A DNA stretch of 64,000 bases from an uncultured Clostridia bacterium (GCA_944384405.1 CALWTH010000011.1:9904-73903); one strand, 5' to 3'. Shown: positions 51,425 through 61,322, counted from the stretch's first letter. The notes: a model not told the origin generated them from the sequence alone. Translations and numbers: made by a program.

Positions 51425-53139
51425 TATCGGTTGAGAAATTTTATAATAATAAATCAAAAGTTGAAGAGTTTATTTCAAAAAGAGCATTTTGTAGTAGAAT
51501 GTTGTTTCAAATGATTATAAATGAAAAATTTGCAGATGAAATAAATAATTACATTGATTTTTTTAATAAAAAAATATTTGATAGTAAAAAAATTGACAAA
51601 ATTCTAAACAAAATTCACGCTAAAACGGTAAAGTATTACGAAAAGGCCTACAATGAAAGCAAGAATAAGGTAAAGAATATTTTAATGTCACTGGCATATT
51701 TTTACTTCTTAGAGAGTGTTGATGAGCATAGTTCATTTTCTGTTGGGTTGCAAGAAGAAATTAAGAAAAAATATGGTGAAGATAAATACTTGGATATTAT
51801 TTCAAAAGTTGACAAAATTTACCTATCTAATGATGTTAAAAATATAATTCAACAAAGTAACGAAGATATTGACTTAAATTGTCAATTAATTGCGACATAT
51901 TTGGTATTAAAAAAATTCCAGGATTCTCAGCATGATTTTTTTGAGGGCGAATATGGGAAATTTACCGAAGAAGTACAACGAAGGTACTGTAAAAATTATT
52001 CTGCAACACCATTTGATATTGATTTTTTAACTTTAAGAAAATTTTTGTTTAAAATTATGCAGAAAAACAAAATTTTATCATTGGATCAAGTAAGTCTTTT
52101 ATGTGGACTATATATAAAAAAATATGTTATTAAATTAGTTGGTGGAAAAATGTTTGGGCTAGGTATGCTCAATTTACATGGTATAAAAGTTCCGTTCACG
52201 GTTTGTATTCCAACAAATACAAATTTAAAAAACGAAGATCTAAGTTTTCTTGAATCAAAATGTACAAAATTTTCAGTCAGGAGTTCTGCTGATATTGAAG
52301 ATGGAGAAGAAAATTCTTTTGCAGGAATGTTTGATTCATATTTAGATGTTAAGTTTGAAAATTTACCAAAAGCAATACATGATGTTAAAAATTCTGTAAA
52401 CAATTCTCGTTTAAAAGCATATATAAAAAAGACCAAACTTGATAAGCCACATATGGCAGTTGTAATACAAGAGTTTGTTGAGCCTGAATATTCGGGAGTT
52501 TGGATTGGAAATGATAAAGACGATGGAATTTTAGAGTGGGTTAAAGGAAATGGAGAAAAGCTTGTTTCTGGCTCCAGTACTCCTGTTTCCGAAGTGTGGA
52601 ACAAAAAACAATGTGAGGGCCCTTCATTAAAATCTGATAATGATGTTGCTATAGGGGAACAACTGATTTGCTTTCAAAATAAATTAAATGTTATCGCTGA
52701 TTTTGAATGGATGGTTTTAAATGGAAAGCTTGTTATGTTGCAGTATAGGCCAGTAACAAGAAAAATCAAGATAGAGACTATTAAATCTGAAGAAAATAAT
52801 GATGGAGTTATAAAAGGCACGCCAGCATCTTCTGGAATTGTTGAAGCTAAGTTTTATATTGCGGATGATTATACTGAAAAAATCCAAACAGACAAAATTC
52901 TTGTTGCATATGCAACCGATCCAAATTGGATTCCACATATTATAAAATCCAAAGGGGTAGTAACTGTAACTGGTGGTTTTTTATGCCACGCAGCAATTAT
53001 TTGTAGAGAACTTGGAATTCCATGCGTTACTGGTATAGGCAATGAAGGATTAAGTGTTTTAAGCAATAATTTGGAAAAAGTATTGACTTTAAATGGGAAT
53101 CATGGTAGCATTAGTTTAGGAGGGAGTAGTAGTGATTAA
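51421..53139 (+). CDS. PEP synthase/PPDK-like phosphotransferase (ATP-grasp plus phospho-His swivel domain) with extra N-terminal helical domain
   Basis: VGGK, VRSSA..ED....SFAG, GEKLVSG, DFEW...LQYRPVT, GGFLCHAAIICRELGIP. Confidence 0.88.
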   Translation: MISVEKFYNNKSKVEEFISKRAFCSRMLFQMIINEKFADEINNYIDFFNKKIFDSKKIDKILNKIHAKTVKYYEKAYNESKNKVKNILMSLAYFYFLESVDEHSSFSVGLQEEIKKKYGEDKYLDIISKVDKIYLSNDVKNIIQQSNEDIDLNCQLIATYLVLKKFQDSQHDFFEGEYGKFTEEVQRRYCKNYSATPFDIDFLTLRKFLFKIMQKNKILSLDQVSLLCGLYIKKYVIKLVGGKMFGLGMLNLHGIKVPFTVCIPTNTNLKNEDLSFLESKCTKFSVRSSADIEDGEENSFAGMFDSYLDVKFENLPKAIHDVKNSVNNSRLKAYIKKTKLDKPHMAVVIQEFVEPEYSGVWIGNDKDDGILEWVKGNGEKLVSGSSTPVSEVWNKKQCEGPSLKSDNDVAIGEQLICFQNKLNVIADFEWMVLNGKLVMLQYRPVTRKIKIETIKSEENNDGVIKGTPASSGIVEAKFYIADDYTEKIQTDKILVAYATDPNWIPHIIKSKGVVTVTGGFLCHAAIICRELGIPCVTGIGNEGLSVLSNNLEKVLTLNGNHGSISLGGSSSD

Positions 53140-53254
53140 ATTTATTAAAAAATTATTTTCTAGGAAAAAGGATGTTTTGATTGATATTAATTCAATTGAT
53201 AATTCTTTGTCTTTGTCTATGGCTGGACATGGTGATTGCTCTGATCAATGTTAA
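53132..53254 (+). CDS. Candidate 40-aa RiPP precursor peptide (not in ORF track)
   Basis: GGAGGGAG RBS; GTG start overlapping the upstream gene end; MIKFIKKLFSRKKDVLIDINSIDNSLSLSMAGHGDCSDQC. Confidence 0.7.
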   Translation: MIKFIKKLFSRKKDVLIDINSIDNSLSLSMAGHGDCSDQC

Positions 53255-53316
53255 TCAAAATTTATATTGTTTTTTATTAAAAACAAAATACAAACAGTTT
53301 AAAAAATATATATAAG

Positions 53317-53358
53317 AAAAACACACTCTCTTAGATTGTTCTAAGAGAGTGTGTTTTT
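53317..53358 (+). terminator. Intrinsic terminator closing the YcaO operon
   Basis: AAAAACACACTCTCTTAGA-loop-TCTAAGAGAGTGTGTTTTT. Confidence 0.85.
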
Positions 53359-53377
53359 AACATCTCCAAATTGCTGA

Positions 53378-53545
53378 GTTGAAATAATAAAGTTGAAGTT
53401 TGTCCTAATAAAGTACATATGCTAATTTCAATTCCACCAAATTTAATCATGAGTCGAACTAATGTATCAGAAATATGCAAATATGAAAATCAAATATAGG
53501 AATAGAGAATTTTGGTACGTGGATATTATGTAAACAAGTAGAGGA
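53378..53545 (+). pseudogene. tnpA: IS200/IS605 TnpA (Y1 transposase) relic
   Basis: Broken frames give EVCPNKVHMLISIPP, MYQKYANMKIKYRNREFW and RGYYV. Confidence 0.8.
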
Positions 53546-53872
53546 AATTACCAACTTGCCCAGCACAAAAATTGGATTGTGCTCTGCCCACTAAAATCCT
53601 TTAAAACACTAGCAAATAAGATGGTGTTTTTTCTTTTGCTGTCAATCTTAAAATTCACTGACACCTACTGACACCATGCTCAATATTTATGAAAAATTCT
53701 GCCCATTTTAGACTTTCTAGGACTATCTAAAACTAAATATATTATGAATTGAATTTTGTATATTTGAGTTTTCGTAATCAAAAACAATATACAAGAAAGT
53801 ATATAAGAAAATATACAAGATAATTGACTTTTAATGTGAGAATAGGTTACAGTGTAAAAGGAGAAATGATTT

Positions 53873-54688
53873 ATGGAATATTATAAAAAAATAGATAAAT
53901 CCACATTTGATGGCAGGATTACTGTTCCCAAAAAATATTGGATATACTTTATAGATGTTAATAAAGAGACATGGGGTACACATAAAAAAATTTGCATAAA
54001 ATTTAAAAATAAAAAATATAATGGAAAATTTTCTTTTGTTTTACAATCAACAGGAAGAAAAGTTTTTCAAATATTTTTAGATACTGAACTTGTTAAAGTA
54101 TTAAAAAAAGAATTTATTCAATCTTATATTGCAATAGAAAGCCAAAAATTGCTTAACAAGAATGGGAAATTTCATACTGAACTTATTGGCGGAAGTCAAG
54201 AGGTGATTGTCTTTGAAAAGCTAAATGAAACTGAAATTGAATTGTCGACATTTATAAAAGTTGAAACTCCTTATGATAATTTATTTAAGCACCTTGTTGA
54301 TTCGAATGTGTTTGGTTGGTTAAGTTTAGAGAAACAAGATCAGATGATTACTAAATATACAAAATGGATGGATATCTCCGAGTTAAAGAAGCATGAAGAT
54401 CAAAATCATGTTATTTATTATTTAATTGATGAAATTAATAAGGAAGTATACATTGGCAGTGCAACAAGACTTGGAGATAGGGTTAAGATTGGAAGAAAGG
54501 AAATCTCAGGATGGAATAAGTTTATGTATGCGATTATACATCCTAAGTTTCATCAGTACATAAAGGAAATTGAATATCATACTATAATGAGTTTTGCGGC
54601 ATTTATGAAAAATAATGGTAATAAAGCAAATTGTGGTATATCTGATTACACATTAGTAAACAAAGATTACAAATATTACAGAGATTAA
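53873..54688 (+). CDS. GIY-YIG nuclease-like protein
   Basis: VIYYLID....EVYIGSA..L..R in the C-terminal part; AAGGAG RBS. Confidence 0.6.
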   Translation: MEYYKKIDKSTFDGRITVPKKYWIYFIDVNKETWGTHKKICIKFKNKKYNGKFSFVLQSTGRKVFQIFLDTELVKVLKKEFIQSYIAIESQKLLNKNGKFHTELIGGSQEVIVFEKLNETEIELSTFIKVETPYDNLFKHLVDSNVFGWLSLEKQDQMITKYTKWMDISELKKHEDQNHVIYYLIDEINKEVYIGSATRLGDRVKIGRKEISGWNKFMYAIIHPKFHQYIKEIEYHTIMSFAAFMKNNGNKANCGISDYTLVNKDYKYYRD

Positions 54689-54736
54689 AATTAATTTTTT
54701 TTGGTATAAAATAATTTTTTGTTAAGAGGTATGTTA

Positions 54737-55724
54737 TTGACGAAAAATATATTCCGCCTTATGAAATAACTGATGAGATGTTAGAATTAGTGTCCGAAAT
54801 TATGGAAAATTTAGGAAAATTAAGTGGAGTTAATGAACTTGAGAAATTTCCAAGACTTCGCAGAGTGAATAGGATAAAGTCTATTCATTCTTCTCTTGCG
54901 ATTGAAAACAACACTCTTTCCCTCGAGCAAGTGACAGATGTTATTGATGGAAAGCGAGTGTTCGGACCAAATGAAGATATAGTTGCAGTTCAAAATGCAA
55001 ATTTGGCATACAGAGAACTTGAAAATGTAAATCCTTATAGCATTAATGACTTGTTAAAAGTCCACGAAATAATGATGAACGGACTTGCAAACGAGGCGGG
55101 GAAAATTAGGACAGGACAAGTTGGAGTTTATAATGAACACGGAAAAGTTGTTCATTTTGCTCCACCTGCGGAGTTTGTTCCAGAACAACTAGGACAACTT
55201 TTTGACTGGATAAAGACTAGTCCAGCAAATATGCTTATTAAGTCTAGTGTTTTTCATTATGAATTTGAGTTTATCCACCCATTTCGTGATGGGAATGGAA
55301 GAATGGGAAGGCTTTGGCAAACAGTGCTCCTTGCAAGTTGGAAGCCAATCTTTGCTTGGATACCTATTGAAAGTATCATAAAAGATAATCAAGAAGATTA
55401 TTACAATGCAATAACACTGTCAACAAGCCAGGCGAAATCAAACATTTTTATCGTGTTTATGCTAGATGTGATAAACAAAGCAATCAAAGATATAATAACC
55501 GACACAAGAAATCACTATAACCATATAAACAATCAAATCACAGAACTTATGAAAGTAATTGAAAGTTATCCGCAATCTGCAACAGAACTTATGCAAAAAC
55601 TAAATCTAAAGTCTCGTGTTGGTTTCAGAAAAATTACTTACAACCAGCCCTAGATGCTGGACTAATCGGCATGAACGAACCCGGCAAACCAACCAGCAAA
55701 AACCAAAAGTATTTTAGGATTTAG
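54737..55724 (+). pseudogene. Fic family protein with two apparent -1 frameshifts in A-runs
   Basis: HPFRDGNGRMGR motif; N-terminus (TTG 54737, ...YIPPYEIT) and C-terminus (YLQPALDAGLI...PTSKNQKY) are out of frame with the 54778-55653 ORF. Confidence 0.7.
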
Positions 55725-55994
55725 ATATTATAACATGAAATATGAAATTTAATAATAAAAATATTATAACAAACTAATTATAGGAAATATATTCTGGCTC
55801 TATATAAAAATTATAGTGTTTATATTAATCTTATAAAATTTATAATCTTTTGTAGATATCTTTTTTATTTTCTGTATAAATACAAATAGTTGAAAAATAT
55901 AAAATTTTAGAATTAAAATTACATAATAAGTTGCATTTTTCTTATTTATATAATATCATTATATCAAGATATATAGATATCATTAGGAGTTTAT

Positions 55995-56156
55995 ATGAAA
56001 AATACAAAATCTTTAATTATACGTATGTCTCCTGAACTTCATAAACAAATAAAACTTATTGCTGTTAAAAATGATAAAAGTATTAATGAATATGTTGTGG
56101 AAGCTATAAAAAAAATTGTAAAAGTTGAAGAAGGGAGAAAAAATGAAAAGCAATAA
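55995..56156 (+). CDS. Ribbon-helix-helix (Arc/HicB-like) DNA-binding protein, 53 aa (not in ORF track)
   Basis: AGGAG RBS; LIIRMSPELHKQIKLIAVKNDKSINEYVVEAI. Confidence 0.75.
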   Translation: MKNTKSLIIRMSPELHKQIKLIAVKNDKSINEYVVEAIKKIVKVEEGRKNEKQ

Positions 56157-57348
56157 TTACACTTTTATTGATTTATTTGCAGGTGCTGGAGGACTTTCTT
56201 TAGGATTCTGCAATGCAGGATATACTGGAATTTTTGCGATAGAAAAAAATAAGGATGCTTTTAGTACTTTATATTTTAACTTAATTTCTAAAAATAAATT
56301 TAATTGGCCACAATGGCTACCAAGAACTGAATTAGATATTGTCGAAGTCCTTAAAACATATAAGAAAGAATTATATAAACTTAAGGGGGAAATTGATATT
56401 GTTGTAGGAGGTCCACCTTGCCAAGGATTTTCAATGGCTGGAAGAAGGGATCATAGTGATTTTAGGAATACTATGGTAAATAATTATATAGAGTTTGTGA
56501 AATGCGTAAAGCCTAAATATATCCTTTTAGAAAACGTTCATGGTATTTCTGTAGATTTTAAATTAAATAATGGAGATAAAATAAAATACTCGGAAGTTGT
56601 AATTGAAGGATTAAAAAAATTAGGATATAATATAAAAGTTAAAGAGATTTTTATGGATGAGTACGGTATTCCTCAAAGAAGAAAAAGATTTATTTTGGTT
56701 GGAAGTTTGAAAAAAAATATAGATGATTTTTTTGAAAAACTTGACAAGTATAAGTTAAAATTTCTCAAGAAAAAACAGCTAAATATAAGAACTACAGTAG
56801 GCGATGCTATTTCAGATTTGTTAGAGAGTAATGGTATCTATAAATGTCCAGATTGTAAACAGTTTTTTTATAGTGGTTATTATGGTAATATTAATACATC
56901 ATATCAAAGGTTTATGAGAAAAAAAATCAAAAGTGACGAAAATCCAGATAGCCATAGATTTGCGAATCATAGTAAACAAATCCAAGAAATGCAGAAATTT
57001 ATGATTGAACACTTAGAACATGGAAAAAGATATAAACCATCAGACAATTTGGTTCCAAATTTAAAAAGGAGAGGGGTTGTTTTGTTGGATCCTAATAGCC
57101 CAGCTCCAACAGTTACGACTCATCCCGATGATTTTGTACATTATAGTGAACCTAGAATTTTAACAGTTCGTGAATTGGCAAGAATTCAAAGTTTTCCAGA
57201 TTGGTATCAGTTTAAAGGGAAATATACAACAGGTGGGGAATTAAGGAAAAAAGACGTACCAAGATTTACACAAGTTGGTAATGCAGTTCCGCCATTGTTT
57301 GCAGAACAATTGGCAGAAATATTTAAGGAGTTTTTATACAATGATTAA
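56143..57348 (+). CDS. DNA (cytosine-5)-methyltransferase
   Basis: FAGAGG, GGPPCQGFS, ENV, QRRKR, RELARIQSFP, GNAVPP. Confidence 0.95.
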   Translation: MKSNNYTFIDLFAGAGGLSLGFCNAGYTGIFAIEKNKDAFSTLYFNLISKNKFNWPQWLPRTELDIVEVLKTYKKELYKLKGEIDIVVGGPPCQGFSMAGRRDHSDFRNTMVNNYIEFVKCVKPKYILLENVHGISVDFKLNNGDKIKYSEVVIEGLKKLGYNIKVKEIFMDEYGIPQRRKRFILVGSLKKNIDDFFEKLDKYKLKFLKKKQLNIRTTVGDAISDLLESNGIYKCPDCKQFFYSGYYGNINTSYQRFMRKKIKSDENPDSHRFANHSKQIQEMQKFMIEHLEHGKRYKPSDNLVPNLKRRGVVLLDPNSPAPTVTTHPDDFVHYSEPRILTVRELARIQSFPDWYQFKGKYTTGGELRKKDVPRFTQVGNAVPPLFAEQLAEIFKEFLYND

Positions 57349-59596
57349 AAAATTAAATTTTAAAGTTAGTGCTGGTTTAAAAAATATTATTGGAAAAGAA
57401 TTAATAACAAATAAGTTTGTTGCTATTTTTGAATTAGTTAAAAATTCTTTTGATGCGAACTCAAAAAAGGTGGATATAACCTTTAATTATAAAAAAGATG
57501 AAATAGATAGTATTGAAATACAAGATTATGGGAAGGGGATGGACTCTAATCAGATTATAAATAATTGGTTAAATGTAGCATATTCTGACAAAAAACTTGA
57601 GAATGCCAGAAAAAAGGGCATAAAATTTGAAAGAGAACAATTAGGTGCAAAAGGTGTTGGTAGGTTTTCATGCGATAGAGTTGGCTCTATTGTTGATTTG
57701 TATACACGAAAATATAATGAAGATGTGGTTCATCATGTTTCAATTAATTGGGATAACTTTGAAAATGTTGATGAACAAAGTTTTTTAGATATACCTGTTG
57801 AATATGAAGATCTTATTATTGAGACATTTCCTAAGCAAGGAACTTTAATTAAAATTTCTAATTTAAGGGAAAAATGGGATAGGAATGAATTATTGTCTTT
57901 AAAAAGAATGTTAATGAAACTTATTTCTCCAAATACAGACAACTCATCAGAATTTTCAATAGAATTACATGCAGAATTAGAGTTAGAAAGAGATAAAATG
58001 TATAATAATGATAGAGATATTGTTAATGGTGTTATAAAGAATACTTTATTTGAATCATTAAATATTAAAACAGTAGCTTTAACTGTGGACATCGACCCTA
58101 TAGGGAAAGAAATAATTACATCTTTAAATGATAAAGGACAGGAAGTTTTCTATATAAAAGAGAAGAATGAGGATTACACAACACTTAAAGATATTCATTT
58201 AAAATTATTTTATATGAATCGTAAGGCAAAGTTGTTGTTTTCAAAAATAATGGGAATATCACAAGTTTCATATGGGAATATATTCGTGTTTAAAAATGGA
58301 TTTAGGATATTACCATATGGTGAAATCGACGATGATTTCTTTGGCATTAATTTAAGACAACAACAAGGAACTAGAAGATATTTTGGTACAAGAGATTTAG
58401 TAGGAAGAATAGAAATAAATGGTGAAGCTAAAGGATTTGTTGAAGTATCTAGTAGAGACAAGGGATTTATAAAATCAAGACAAGTAGATGAGTTAAAAAA
58501 ATTTTTTGTTGATAAAATGAAGATCCTTGAGACATATGTTGTAGATGTTTTAGATTGGGGAGATCCTGATTCTGAAATGTTTAGTGTTGCAAATATAAAT
58601 TTTGAAAAACTAGTAAAACAAATTGCTGGTATAACAAAGAAAACAAATCCGATAGAACTTAGATATGATGAAAATATAATTGCAGAAGTTTCAAAAAAGG
58701 TAGCAGATTCTTCAATTCAAAATTCACTTAATAAAATATCTTTGATAGCCGAAAAAAATAATAATGAACAGCTATTATCATTAATTAATTCTACAAGAAA
58801 GAGAGTAGAAGATTTACAAGAAGTAAATCGAAAACTTATTTCAAAAAATGAAGAGCAAAGAAAACAACATGAAGATACAAAACAGGAACTACAAAGAATA
58901 ACAAATCAAAACTATTTTTTGGAAAATACGACAAATGAGGATTTTGTAAAAGCTAAAGAAATAATACATTTGAATATGTTGTTCGCAAATAAGATTAAAG
59001 AATATATTGAAATAATATTCGACAATATAAAAAATAAAAAAGAAGACAATATTTTAAAAAATCTTGCACAGGTTGACTTTTTGGCTAGTAAAATATATTC
59101 GATAAGTAATTTTGGTTTAAAAGCAAATTTTTCATTAAAGTCAGATATACAATTAGATTCAGATTTAGTAGCTTTTATCAATGAATATGTAAGAAATATA
59201 TATGATAGATCTCCAAATTTAGGAATGAAAGTTACAATAACAAACAATTTGGACAAAGAAATTAAATTAAAGTTTTCAGCATCAGAAATAGTTGCAGTCA
59301 TTGAAAACTTAATTAGCAATTCTAATAAAGCTCATGCTAAAAACTTATATTTAAATTTTAGTAATGATGAAAAATATTTAATTTTAGATGCTTTAGATGA
59401 TGGGGACGGGTTGAATAAATCTATAAGAAATAAAGAGGAGATATTTAAATTAGGTTATACTTCTACAGAGGGATCAGGAATTGGACTTTATACGATATCA
59501 AAAATATTAAAATCTATGAATGGAACAATAGAATTAATAGATACAAATTTTTCTTTTGGACTAAGGATGAAAATAGCATATGGACATAAAATTTAA
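57341..59596 (+). CDS. MORC/MutL-like GHKL ATPase fused to a coiled coil and histidine-kinase-type ATPase
   Basis: ELVKNSFDA, DYGKGM, GAKGVGRFS; C-terminal ENLISNS, DDGDG, FKLGY, GSGIGL. Confidence 0.85.
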   Translation: MIKKLNFKVSAGLKNIIGKELITNKFVAIFELVKNSFDANSKKVDITFNYKKDEIDSIEIQDYGKGMDSNQIINNWLNVAYSDKKLENARKKGIKFEREQLGAKGVGRFSCDRVGSIVDLYTRKYNEDVVHHVSINWDNFENVDEQSFLDIPVEYEDLIIETFPKQGTLIKISNLREKWDRNELLSLKRMLMKLISPNTDNSSEFSIELHAELELERDKMYNNDRDIVNGVIKNTLFESLNIKTVALTVDIDPIGKEIITSLNDKGQEVFYIKEKNEDYTTLKDIHLKLFYMNRKAKLLFSKIMGISQVSYGNIFVFKNGFRILPYGEIDDDFFGINLRQQQGTRRYFGTRDLVGRIEINGEAKGFVEVSSRDKGFIKSRQVDELKKFFVDKMKILETYVVDVLDWGDPDSEMFSVANINFEKLVKQIAGITKKTNPIELRYDENIIAEVSKKVADSSIQNSLNKISLIAEKNNNEQLLSLINSTRKRVEDLQEVNRKLISKNEEQRKQHEDTKQELQRITNQNYFLENTTNEDFVKAKEIIHLNMLFANKIKEYIEIIFDNIKNKKEDNILKNLAQVDFLASKIYSISNFGLKANFSLKSDIQLDSDLVAFINEYVRNIYDRSPNLGMKVTITNNLDKEIKLKFSASEIVAVIENLISNSNKAHAKNLYLNFSNDEKYLILDALDDGDGLNKSIRNKEEIFKLGYTSTEGSGIGLYTISKILKSMNGTIELIDTNFSFGLRMKIAYGHKI

Positions 59597-60482
59597 ATTA
59601 TTAATAGTTGATGATAATATTCTTGATGAAGAAGATTCAACATATCAAAAAATAAAGAAAAAGGTTGAATCTATGGGCTTGATTCCAGATATAAAATTGT
59701 CTAATGGCTCAGACTATAAGGAAGTAGTTAAATCTGAGGATTATGATTTATATCTGATAGACTATAGCTTAGTTAATGATATTAGTGGGCATGAGGTTAT
59801 CAGGGAAATCAGGGATAACAATAGAAGTTTGACAGATATAATATTATATTCAACGACAAATGAAAATTTATTTCAAAAAATTGATAAATTTCAGCTTGAT
59901 GGAGTGTATATATGCAAGCGAGATGATTTAATTTTAAAAACCGAGAAGATATTAGAAAAATTAGAGAAAAGGACACTTAACCCATTATCATTACGAGGTG
60001 TAGTATTGCACAATTATAGTGATATTGAATTTAGATTAAGGAAATTTCTACTTGAATTATATGAGGGACAATCTCAAGAGTTAAAACAAGTTATATCAAA
60101 TGAAGTAGATAAACTGGTTGAAGAGGGTAATGATAATTTTACTAAAAAGATCAACGAGTGTAAATCTAGTGAAGATTATGTTAGAAGTTTGTTTTTGAAT
60201 AAAAATTATTTATTTGATATGTGCAAAAAAATAAATTTGCTAAAACTCTTTAAAAAATATAGGTTAGTTAATATATCAGATCGGGATATAAACTTGTTGA
60301 AATCATTAAATAATATTAGAAATAATTTGGGACATGCTAAAATTATTATTAAAAATAAAGAAATGATAATACAAGATATAAATGATTTAGAATATAAATA
60401 TACCCAAGATGAGTGCAAAGACATAAAAAATAAAATTATTCGTGCAGTTAAAATTCTTGATGAGTTGGAAATGCAAAAGTAA
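59580..60482 (+). CDS. Receiver domain fused to a helical HEPN-like domain
   Basis: LLIVDD, YLIDY, LYST, K; C-terminal RNNLGH (Rx4H). Confidence 0.7.
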   Translation: MDIKFKLLIVDDNILDEEDSTYQKIKKKVESMGLIPDIKLSNGSDYKEVVKSEDYDLYLIDYSLVNDISGHEVIREIRDNNRSLTDIILYSTTNENLFQKIDKFQLDGVYICKRDDLILKTEKILEKLEKRTLNPLSLRGVVLHNYSDIEFRLRKFLLELYEGQSQELKQVISNEVDKLVEEGNDNFTKKINECKSSEDYVRSLFLNKNYLFDMCKKINLLKLFKKYRLVNISDRDINLLKSLNNIRNNLGHAKIIIKNKEMIIQDINDLEYKYTQDECKDIKNKIIRAVKILDELEMQK

Positions 60483-60544
60483 ATTTTTCTGATTTTAATT
60501 TTATAATACATAAATTTAACAATGTGTTATAATAGTCTAAAGAA

Positions 60545-60804
60545 AAAGTTTTATAAACGAATTTATTTTTATAAAGGAACTATTTAAAAATGAAAAATAT
60601 CAAGAAATGATACATTTTTAAAATATCATTTCCTATGCTCCATCTGCAGATCCCTTTGTGATAGCTAAGGCTAAGTGTGAAAATGCAATAGTTGTAACTA
60701 TTGAAGAGCGAAAACTAAATTCATCTAGGACGCCTACAGTGTGTGATGATATTGGGATAAGATGTATTAGTTATGAAGATTTTATGAGTGAGTATATTAG
60801 ATAA
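60545..60804 (+). pseudogene. DUF4411/PIN-like gene remnant
   Basis: ADPFVIAKA....IVVT.E...PTVC..IGIRCI; no intact 5' end. Confidence 0.6.
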
Positions 60805-60846
60805 ATAAAGTTTATAATTTATTAAAGTTAATGCGAATTAAATATT

Positions 60847-61290
60847 TTATATATAAATTATTGGTTTATTATGCTTTTGGGCATTCTTGACGGTGTGGTA
60901 AGCTCCACTTTTGTAAGTTTCTTCTATGTGACAGACTAAAATGTCACAGTTGTCAATAATCCATTCATTGCGTTTGGTTATCTTTTGTTTGTAATGTAGT
61001 GTTTCAATGTCGGGCAAGATAGAACCATCGTAACAAGAAGGGAGTTCGTATTTCTCTTTATCGTGATGATAATAAGTTAAAATGCGAATAAGTTTAATGT
61101 GTGGATATTTACGTTTCAATTGAATTACGGCATCTGCACACTTTTTATCAAAAGCACCATAATTGTCATCATAAAATATTGTGTATCCTTTATTGATTAG
61201 TTCTTCAATGGTTTGCAAAAGTTTCTCTTCAACACCTATGCAGTGCCATTCATATCTATGTCCTGCGAAAGCAACAATTTTATCTTGCAT
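60847..61290 (-). CDS. SLOG family (DUF1273/YspA-like) protein
   Basis: AFAGHR, RNEWIIDNCD, SGAYHTV..A. Confidence 0.75.
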   Translation of the reverse strand: MQDKIVAFAGHRYEWHCIGVEEKLLQTIEELINKGYTIFYDDNYGAFDKKCADAVIQLKRKYPHIKLIRILTYYHHDKEKYELPSCYDGSILPDIETLHYKQKITKRNEWIIDNCDILVCHIEETYKSGAYHTVKNAQKHNKPIIYI

Positions 61291-61322
61291 TAAGTTCTCC
61301 TTTTAAGCAAAAGAGAACATTG

